Below, piece after piece: positions 8,283-16,099 of a DNA stretch of 16,531 nucleotides. Made by a program: the position numbers and the translations under genes. Position 1 is the stretch's first letter. The number at the start of each line of letters is the position of its first letter. This DNA comes from Octopus sinensis (taxonomy: Eukaryota), in NCBI RefSeq assembly GCF_006345805.1, contig NW_021825147.1:1-16531 (forward strand), written 5' to 3'. Under the pieces are notes generated by a model. That model searched no databases. It was not told the origin of the DNA and saw nothing but the letters and a program-made list of their open reading frames with translations.

Positions 8283-9677
8283 TGGAATTTTTCAGTCCAA
8301 CTTGACGAATCAGTTGTCGTTGATAATCAGTCAATTTTGATGGCATATGTAAGGTATTACTTTTTATAAATACTTTTTATAAGATATTTCGATGATGATT
8401 CTATTTTGCAAGAAGAGTTATTATTTGCAAAATCTTTAGTCACGGATACTACAGGATTGTCAATATTCAAAATGTTTGAATCTTATTTATTCTTAAATGA
8501 TATTCCATTTGAACATATTTTATCGTGCGCAACTGATGGCGCAATGGCTAGGTTGAAAATATCGTGGTTTTTTAGCTTTTCTAAAACAAAAATCTCCAAT
8601 GTCCACTTCAATTCATTGTATTTTACATCGCATCATTAATTGCAAAAAAATTATCTGAAGAATTGAATGCATCAATGCAAATTGTTATCAAAGTTATCAA
8701 TAAAATTAAAAGAAACAGCAAGTACGATCGTATTTTTCGTGAATACTGCACTGATCAAAATGAAGATTATGTTAGGTTACTTTTACATACCGAAGTAAGA
8801 TGGTTATCCAGGGAAATTGTCTTGAAAGATTTGTGATATTATTTGATGCAATTGTTGATTTTTTAAGATTACAACAAGAATTTAAATTGTTTAATTCCTG
8901 CAAAATTCATAGAAAAAATATTTTTTATTTAAATTGGATTTTTAAAAATTAAATGAAGTTTCATTGGCTTTATAAGGAGATTATGTTAATTTAATTGATT
9001 GCAAACGAATTATAAATACATTCATTGAAAAAATTCAATTTTACAATTTTAATTTAAGTAATAGAAAATTTGATTTTTATGACCACACTTTTGATGACAA
9101 CGATCTGAAAATTTATGAATTTTATTTAGAATCTTTGGAACAAGATTTGAAAAAAAGATTTGAAGATTTAATTAATTTAACTTTTCTGATTGGATGATTA
9201 ATCCTTGGTTGCCCATCATTATGATTCTGACGATTGATGTCAAGAATAATCAAGAAGAAGAAAATAGAACAAAAAAAAAAACGACGAAGAACTGAAAAAA
9301 ATTTAAAAATGAAAACCTGACACAATTCTGGGGAGAAAAATCTATAAAAATGAAATTCCGAAATTATGGGAAAAAATGATGCCAATAATATTATGTTTTC
9401 CTACGTCATACTGCGTAGAGAGAGGATTCAGCACTCTGAATAGTGTGATCGGAAAAAAAGAAACAAATTAAAATAGAAGAAAGAGGCGACATTAGAATTA
9501 CACTTACGAAAAGAAGTACAAATTTTGAAAAACTTGTCAATCTTCATCAACCACAAGGATCTCATTAAAACTCTATTTTTTAAATAAAAATTTTTACTAA
9601 TGAAATAAGGGGGCGATATAAAATTGGAGGGGCGAAAAAATTCAAGGGGGCGATAAAAATAAGGTTGAGAACCACTG
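8283..9677 (+). mobile_element. hAT (Buster/Charlie, ZBED8/SCAND3-like) transposon, 5'-truncated, right end intact
   Basis: Frameshifted motifs [46 protein letters not shown] and HQPQGSH* (stop 9566-9568). Three GGGGCGA subterminal motifs precede the TIR GGTTGAGAACCACTG ending at 9677. The flank TCTTAGAC fits NNNTANNN. Confidence 0.93.
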
Positions 9678-9685
9678 TCTTAGAC

Positions 9686-10130
9686 GATGAGTGTCGAACA
9701 TGCGGGCCGCGAGCTTCATGTGCAACACTAATAAAACAGTACCTGCAGTCCGATTTTATGTTTCATTCTCGAATTTGACTCCAAAAATCCAATAGTTTAC
9801 TTTAATTAAATAGCGCTGTAAATCTGCCTCAATTTAAATTAGCTCCAGCTCATACATGAAGCGGTTGCAGTATTTTTCCAATAGGTGACGGAAATATTTT
9901 CAAATATGTAAAGCTTCTTTAAATCATTCAAAACGTGTTCAAATTCATCGATTAAATCATTAATAACAGAGATATTATTTTCGATTGAGTTCCCTATTTT
10001 TTTAATGATATCAAAACTTTCTTGACACTTTTTTACTTGCTCAAGACGACCCACCGTCTCCTATTTGATGAGAATGCCCGTCATATCAACATACCACTCA
10101 GGAAAGTTTTAATAACTGACTAATCAGACA
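9686..10130 (-). mobile_element. Second hAT (GTF2IRD2-like) remnant, tail-to-tail with the first
   Basis: Degenerate terminus GATGAGTGTCGAACATGCGGGCCGCG resembles CAGGGGTGTCNAACATGCGGCCCGCG. Minus-strand peptides DLIDEFEHVLNDLKKLYIFEN, ELELI and LLDFWSQI match the C-terminal third of these transposases. The boundary near 10130 is approximate. Confidence 0.6.
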
Positions 10131-10209
10131 ATACATAATTTCATCATTTCTTTTTTTAAAAAGTGTTAATAAATATTGTCAAAGGTTTTATTTTGGACCG
10201 AGAAAAAAA

Positions 10210-10240
10210 ATCAATAATAAAAATTTATTCCACTAAAAAA
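10210..10240 (+). repeat. Direct repeat B, copy 1 (second copy at 11044..11075)
   Basis: ATCAATAATAAAAATTT(T)ATTCCACTAAAAAA; the two copies differ by one T in a run. Confidence 0.85.
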
Positions 10241-10649
10241 TCTATTAGTTAATGTTAAATTATACTTTTGTATAGTTTTTTCTTGATTTCATTAGTTTTT
10301 TAAAAAATGGAAGTATGTACAACCAACCAATCAACAAATTTGATAATTACAGCGTTGCCGTTACGATATTTATTTAAAAATTGGTCTTCCATTCTAAAAA
10401 AAATTAAAAACTAAAATAATTCTATTAATTAAAAATTTTAAAAATATAACCCTAAAACATATACATTCTATAATAGCCCTAACACCCAAAATCCTAATTC
10501 TAAATCACCCTAATTTTTAATTGATTTTAAAACCCTATTATTAATAGTTGTCCAAACGATAAAAAACTTAATTTAATTTTAATTATAAAATATTTATCTC
10601 AACTAACAAAATTTCAACCCTAACCCTGAACATTTTCTCTTCTTTAACA

Positions 10650-11044
10650 GAGCTTTCAAGACGTTCCACTTTCGAAGACCTTTAGCTAGCGCCTCCTCTA
10701 CGTGACTTGAGAACGTCATTAAGGAGTCGAAAACCACGCCAAGGATCTCCTGGGTACGCGAAGAGGGAATAGGATTGTCTCCAATTAATAGTTCCAGTTC
10801 ATTCTTGAATTTTCTATCAGTAGTAAAGAGGGTGAATTGGGATTTAGATGCAGACACACACAACATGTTCGCAGATAGCCAATCACATACACGGTTTGAG
10901 GTGTGACTGGACCACTGCGACAGCCACAGAAGGAGATTTATCTCTTGCAGCGATAATCAGGTCGTCCGCATAGGATAAGAACATAATGTCCGGGTCATTA
11001 GTAATGGGTAGGTCATGTAGAAATAGGTTAAAAAGGAGAGGAGA
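10650..11044 (-). mobile_element. Non-LTR reverse transcriptase fragment (I/Jockey-like), truncated at both ends
   Basis: SPLLFNLFLHDLP...SYADDLIIAA, one frameshift, then WLSANML.VSASKSQFTLF...ILGVVFDSLMTFSSHV...WNVLKAL. Confidence 0.92.
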
Positions 11045-11075
11045 TCAATAATAAAAATTTTATTCCACTAAAAAA
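11044..11075 (+). repeat. Direct repeat B, copy 2
   Basis: Begins at the RT breakpoint and is followed by a local re-copy of AAAAATTTTATTCC (11053-11066 and 11071-11084). Confidence 0.85.
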
Positions 11076-11449
11076 TTTTATTCCGGGGTCCCAGGTGTTC
11101 GATGATCGTTTCTCTTTGATCGTTTCTCCTTGAATATATAATAGGTTGTTCAACTTCTAACTAAGCAATTTTTAATCGATTTTTAAACAATCAGAATTAA
11201 ACTCTTTATTATTCAAAGATGAGAAATCGCCTAAATTACTTTATTACAATATTTCATTAAAGTATTTTGTAAAAAATAAAATAATAAATTTATGTAAACA
11301 TGCTTTTTAATTTTTGTTAGTGGTGTTCTTTGCAGTTTGAGATCCGGATATTACATTTCGGAAATTGACCTGCATACATTGTTTTCGATTGATTATTATT
11401 CTATCGCAAAAAATTTAATCTATAATATAAATCTATATATGCGAGCCCT

Positions 11450-11745
11450 TTAAGTCGAAAAGTACAAGAATCTTGCCACTCGGCATTCCTTCGTGTCTCT
11501 GGCTTTTGAGACATCAGGCGTATCCGGTCCGCTCACCTCAAACTTCATGAAAAACCTTGGTATCCTCATTGCTCGTAAGAAAATGGATGGTCGCGAGTCC
11601 TCTTGGCTGAGGCAGAGAATCTCGCTCGCAATCGTGCGCGGAAACGCGCAAGCAATCCGTTCGACTGGGCTATAACTCCTGCGCTCGCAGATCGAGCTTG
11701 GCCGCTCACTTCCTGACGTTGTTATTTTGATTAAACTGTTAATAA
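11450..11745 (+). mobile_element. CRE-like non-LTR retrotransposon 3' end (RLE domain C-terminus)
   Basis: EKYKNLATRHSFVSLAFETSGVSGP...WLRQRISLAIVRGNAQAI*, matching the KY...F.P.A.ET.G...QR.S.AI.RGNA signature. AATAAA lies at about 11741. Confidence 0.87.
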
Positions 11746-11774
11746 AAACTATATTTTTTATTTTCCGAGGTTGG

Positions 11775-11805
11775 TAACAAGCCAAACATCTTTGTACTCG
11801 ACAAA
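11775..11805 (+). mobile_element. 31-bp scrap of the R4-like RLE family
   Basis: TAACAAGCCAAACATCTTTGTACTCGACAAA (NKPNIFVLDK) matches 1478-1508 (NKPDIFVFDK) at 25 of 31 nt, with mismatches mostly at third codon positions. Confidence 0.5.
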
Positions 11806-12344
11806 TTGAGTCTCCAGCATCATTTCGATTGTCAGAAAGGATAATATCTAATCACAAACTCACAAAAATAGTAATTAAGTTGATTACGAAGCTAGTTAGT
11901 TAGTTCAAAGTTCTTTCGCGTTGCCCTAGAATGGTTTTGCTTGAGTCATGCCTAGAGCCATCTATTCGCACGTTCTTTTGTTTGTGGGTAAGTGTCTTTG
12001 GTCATCTATTGATGCAAGATTCGTCCGAAGCATAACAGTTGTCTACGTATTGAATGGCATTTTCGCGGAGCAAAAGCGACCAGATTTATATGAAAAAGCC
12101 AGCTCGTCTTTTTCAGATTGATGGATATAAATGGATTGGGGTTTATCAAAGTTAGTTAATTCCAAAACTATACAAAGCATCATTTTCATTTTTCCAAAAT
12201 AGCTGGCACTGATATTTTTAATATATAGAAAACTAGCTCGGCAGCTCGCTTCGCTCACACGCGACCTAGCTCCGCGGAGGGCCTGTTCATCAAACAAACT
12301 ATAAGTTTATGTAGATGTATAAAACTACCTGGTTTAATGTAACC

Positions 12345-12815
12345 CTATTCTATCGCCTGTTGATAAACGATGTTTGTCGTCCGTCCTTCCTTGGCATATA
12401 TGAATAAATTTTCTCTTCTGCCTACCCTCGAGCATCCCAAATACAGCTGTCAATGTGAAAAGCACTCACTCTCTAAAACTAACCCAACTACCTTTAATGA
12501 CTGTCCCTGGCCTTGTTATTGTCATTGCAAAACTCATCCTCAAAGGAATTGCAGCCTTTTAAATCTAAATGGTAATCATCAGAAATTATCGGAATTCGTG
12601 GAATATAACATCCTCACTCTCTACTTACCTGTTAATATCGTCGCCTCTATTACGTTAGCCATCAAATTTTTGATAACTAACCTCGTTCCGTTGCATAATT
12701 TAGGTGGCGCAAGATGTCGTAATAAAAACACTGGAACGCCTATCTTTAACTTTAAAAGATGATTCGGCATTCCAGGGGGATCTAAGGAGTTTAAAATTTC
12801 AATCCGGTTGAATTT
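12345..12815 (-). pseudogene. Helitron PIF1-like helicase C-terminus, frameshifted
   Basis: [41 protein letters not shown]...RIP...FKRLQFP...FAMTI..QGQSL...CFSH.QLYLGCSRVG...NIVYQQAIE*. It is not in the supplied ORF track. Confidence 0.95.
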
Positions 12816-13020
12816 TTAGAAAATAACAAAAAAAATAAAAAAAACAAATAAAAATAAATATTTAAAAACAAAAAAAACTTTAAAAATTTGTAAAATAGTA
12901 TAAACAAAAAAATCTCTGCCGCCACGGCAACAACCGTCTAATTTTTTAACAGCCAATTAAGATAATGCCTAAGAGCCTTTATAGTCGAACATTTAGCTTA
13001 GTGACCTTGATTAGAAAAAC

Positions 13021-13078
13021 CACTGGCGGAAATGGGGCAGGCGGAGAGATGGGGCAGCCGGAGATACGGCAGGCAGAG
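13021..13078 (+). repeat. Three GC-rich 15-17 bp tandem units (SCGGA..AT/ACGGSGCAG-like)
   Basis: GCGGAAATGGGGCAG / GCGGAGAGATGGGGCAG / CCGGAGATACGGCAG, preceded by CACTG. Confidence 0.7.
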
Positions 13079-13162
13079 TCGCAGCAGCCAAAAAAGCGAC
13101 ACACAAAAAGATTTAATTAATTACTTAAGCTGACCGTTTTTTCTTCAGTTTCGTTTTTCCTC

Positions 13163-13373
13163 CTTTGGTTATCTATTAAAAAATTATTTTTGAATATAAA
13201 AAATATTAGGAAAAGAGGCATAACAGAAAATAAATCTATCTTTACGAAAAACTTCTTTTCTTAAGGTCGTCGTCTCCCTCTTTGGTTATCTATTGAAAAA
13301 ATTATTTTTGAATAATAAAAAAGTTTAGGAAAAGAGGCATACCGAAAATAAATTCTATCTTTACGAAAAAACT
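13163..13373 (+). repeat. 117-bp-period tandem duplication
   Basis: CTTTGGTTATCTATT...CTATCTTTACGAAAAACTT at 13163-13254 and 13280-13373. Confidence 0.92.
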
Positions 13374-13385
13374 TAAACTTTTTCA

Positions 13386-13453
13386 AAATCTGTTAATTGC
13401 ACACTCTATTCAAGGTCGTGCAAATCTGTAATTGCACATTCTGTCAAAGTCAA
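13386..13453 (+). repeat. About 36-bp tandem duplication
   Basis: AAATCTGT(T)AATTGCACA.TCT..TCAA occurs twice. Confidence 0.8.
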
Positions 13454-13630
13454 TATGATAATAGCTTTAATTTTGATTCATGGTCGATAATGATATATGC
13501 ATTTAATTTAAAGAGAAAATCATAGGATGAATTGAATTTCTTTATCGCGAATAATTAGGAGTTCATCATTGTTAATATTCTCGCTGTCGTGTTCATCAAG
13601 GATATTTTAATACGTGAGATTTTTGCCTCG

Positions 13631-13850
13631 AGGTTTTAATGGACCTCATCATGAATGTCGAGGACATTAACGTTGTTCATTTTAATCAAATGCAGAAAAT
13701 AATTTTTGATTTTTTGGCGGAAGGTTTAAGGACCTCATCATGTAAGTCGAGGACATCGTAGTTGTTCATTTTAACAAAATGCAGAAAAATTTTATTTAAT
13801 TTTTTTGGCGGGAGGATAAGGACCTCATCATCGAGGATATTCTTGATATG
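13631..13850 (+). repeat. 89-90 bp minisatellite, about 2.3 copies
   Basis: GGACCTCATCAT at 13641, 13730 and 13820, with conserved TCGAGGA, GTTGTTCATTTTAA, AAATGCAGAAAA and TTTTTTGGCGG. Confidence 0.9.
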
Positions 13851-13969
13851 TTAGATTTTTGGGTGGAAGATTCTTGGAGGAGTTCATGATTTTAAGCTTG
13901 TTCCCATTATTGGCTAATTATAAGGGAAAGATTTTGACAATTTATCTGACTTTGCCAATTTGAAGTTGG

Positions 13970-14004
13970 TGTGCACACACAGACAGACAGAAGACACACA
14001 CACA
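13970..14004 (+). repeat. (CA)n/(GACA)n microsatellite, subterminal to the Helitron 5' end
   Basis: GTGCACACACAGACAGACAGAAGACACACACACA. Confidence 0.8.
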
Positions 14005-14225
14005 TACCATTTATATTAAGAAGAGGAAATTCGAGGGTCACTGCCACGATTTCAGCTTTTTCCTAAAAGAGTTTTGGATTCTATTAAAACCCTTAATAAT
14101 AAAATAAATTATCTCGTATCTTAATAGAAACATCAATTCAAAGAACTTAAGTATTAATTAAATAATCTCTCCTTTTGATCGATACATAACTTAAATTAAT
14201 TTTTTTTGAGAGAAAACAAATTAAG

Positions 14226-14700
14226 TCCGCACCCTTCTACAGTAGTCAGACGGTACTAGGGGTAACCCTCGACATGCACCTCTGCTTCTCCCCGCACGGA
14301 AATAACCTCCTTCGCAAATGCGAAAAGAAATTGAACGTCCTCAGAACTTTATCCGGCTTATTAAAAAACGGTTCACATCCGGTACTGACAAATATCTACT
14401 GCCAATACTTCGAACCGTCAATTTCCTACGCCTGCGGATCAAGGGGTCGCGGTTATTGTGGTACAAAAAGGAGGCGAATCGAGGAGGTCTACAAAGGGCC
14501 CACAGAATTTACCGATCGTTGGTCACACGATAACGAACGCCCGCTCCGGCTCCTCTGGAAGATCTTATCAAGCTGAACCTCTGTCCGTCTGCAAATTCCC
14601 CGTCAAAAACGGCCAGCCGCCCGGTGCGTTCTTGTGTGGGCTCGTGGAAAGATCACCGAGCGAGGATGAGGTCCATGGTCGAGTGCATCGGATCACGTGA
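14226..14700 (+). mobile_element. Non-LTR RT thumb-region fragment (I/Jockey-like), decayed
   Basis: LGVTLDMHLCFSPHGNNLLRKCEKKLNVLRTLSG...LTNIYCQYFEPSISYA matches LGV.LD..L.F..H...K....LN.LR.L...L..IY.....P...YA. It is a GC-richer island and a different family from 10650-11044. Confidence 0.78.
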
Positions 14701-15049
14701 CGTCGTTTATTCGGTTTTTACCGTGGTCTTGGTTGTTAAATAAAATAAGAAAAATAAATACATCCTCTATTCGCATAGTGATTCAGGTAGACAAGCCGCC
14801 TCTTCTTATCGAGGTCATGGCAGGCACTGGATATGTTGTAAACACACTATTTGGTGATAAATCTCTTTATTCTTCCTTTTCCACTGTTAAAACGTCGTTT
14901 TTGAAGGGTTTTCTTTATAGTAAATGACTGAATGCATGCGCGGGTGATGTTGAGCGAACGTGCAGATTGTAGAAATTTTGAGTTATCAGCCCAGAATTGA
15001 TAAAATAATTGTTAACTTCACAGAATTATCAGAATATTAAATATTCTGT

Positions 15050-15510
15050 TGGGATGCCATTGTCAGTAAAACTACAAACAATACCAGAATGGTCTGAAAA
15101 TTGAGTACCCTGTAAGAGCATACATCCAAACTATTACCATGAAGAAGACTCTTGAAAGTATGTGCATCGATTATAAACATGGAATGATGTCCCAAGAGGA
15201 CGACGGTTTTGAAGAAAAATATAACTTTCTCTGATAACAACATAAATCAGAAACTCGACGAACCGACTTAATGACGGGAGCATTTGAAAAAGAGTCCTAC
15301 TCCTATAATAACATTAATCGAGAGGAAGAGCGATGGAACTGTGAATTGGAACCTGATGAAAGTAGTCTCATCCGGGAAAAGAAGAATGATCCTTTAGATT
15401 GCCTAAAAGAGGTTGAAGACCGGTCAAGGTTGTCCGTGTTGGGGCAAAGAGGAGGATGTCTATTGAGCTGGAAATTCGTTTTTACGATTGAATATAAATT
15501 AATTTATTGA
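15050..15510 (+). mobile_element. Second, diverged R4-like RLE retrotransposon 3' end
   Basis: WDAIVSK.YKQYQNGLKIEYPVRAYIQTITMKKTLESMCIDYKHGM aligns to WEGIVSKFYKSCMDFLGVDIIPRAYIQSIVLKKTLESMLVEHRHGM in the 898-2076 element. An acidic tail and AT-rich end follow. Confidence 0.85.
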
Positions 15511-15855
15511 TGTAATCGAAATGATGTATTCTGTAATTGATTGGTTTTATTTTGATAATTAGAAACTCCGAATATATATTAGCATAATTATAGTCAACTA
15601 AATTATCTACCACAAGATTATTGTAATCATACCACGTTTCTCTGGAGTCAGCAGCCAAACGATTGAATCTACACAGTGGTCCTCTCGTTGAATAAATGAA
15701 TTATATTTATTCAAAGAGAAAAGCCGAAAAGGGAAAGAAAATTAATGAGAAAAGTATGCCTTTGTTTCCCTCTTTTTGTTTAATTTAGATTCAGAATGCA
15801 AATTCTTTCTCAAGGACACTTCCAATTTTTTTGTCGCATCTTCTATCTCCTGAGG

Positions 15856-15950
15856 CAGTGTTCTCAGCCGGGGGCGAATACCCCCCTAGGGGCAAAATTT
15901 GTACAAGGGGGCGATAATTAAGTCAAAGGGAGCGATAATATATTAATAAA
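15856..15950 (+). mobile_element. hAT (Buster/Charlie) left end, same family as 8283..9677
   Basis: CAGTG-TTCTCAGCC versus right TIR CAGTGGTTCTCAACC, followed by GGGGGCGA and GGGAGCGA subterminal motifs in the same orientation as at 9608-9660. Confidence 0.8.
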
Positions 15951-16099
15951 ATATTTGAATTTAAATATAATACAAGTATTTATACATGTTAATTTTAATG
16001 TTTCAGATTTATTAACATTTCTTTTATTGTTTTTATCCTTAATTTTTTTTGAACACGTATTTAATTATTAGCAGAGGATAAGATGTAATGGCAATTCCA

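Larger units (their letters stand above)
12233..14024 (-). mobile_element. Internally deleted Helitron (about 1.8 kb)
   Basis: The 3' end is a GCGAAGC mini-hairpin ...GAGCTAG|T at 12233. The Rep/Hel helicase C-terminus lies at 12345..about 12815. The putative 5' end TCTTCTTAATATAAATGG + (TG)n/(TGTC)n is at 14024. The 5' end is less certain because it is preceded by C, not A. Confidence 0.7.

Noticed and set aside
11418-11895. A|TCTATAATATAAA as a plus-strand Helitron 5' end paired with CTAG|T at about 11891
   Set aside because: There is no GC hairpin before that CTAG and the motif is low-complexity.
12043-12297. Minus-strand ORF with kinase-like MLCIVLEL
   Set aside because: It is a single short motif with no other kinase subdomain, and the ORF crosses the Helitron terminus.
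12326-12334. TACCTGGTT resembling an 18S 5' end
   Set aside because: The match stops after 9 nt and lies in the Helitron 3' UTR.
13163-13860. Tandem repeats as a CRISPR-like array
   Set aside because: The context is eukaryotic, whole units are repeated with no unique spacers, and there are no cas genes.
14760-15000. Possible hAT dimerisation-domain remnant on the minus strand (FW..NSK...ARS...LSP)
   Set aside because: The motifs fall in different frames and are too weak to support a call without a profile search.
15672-15678. CACAGTG (RSS heptamer or Transib-like end)
   Set aside because: There is no nonamer, partner end or Transib coding sequence. About two copies are expected by chance, and another occurs inside the 18S.
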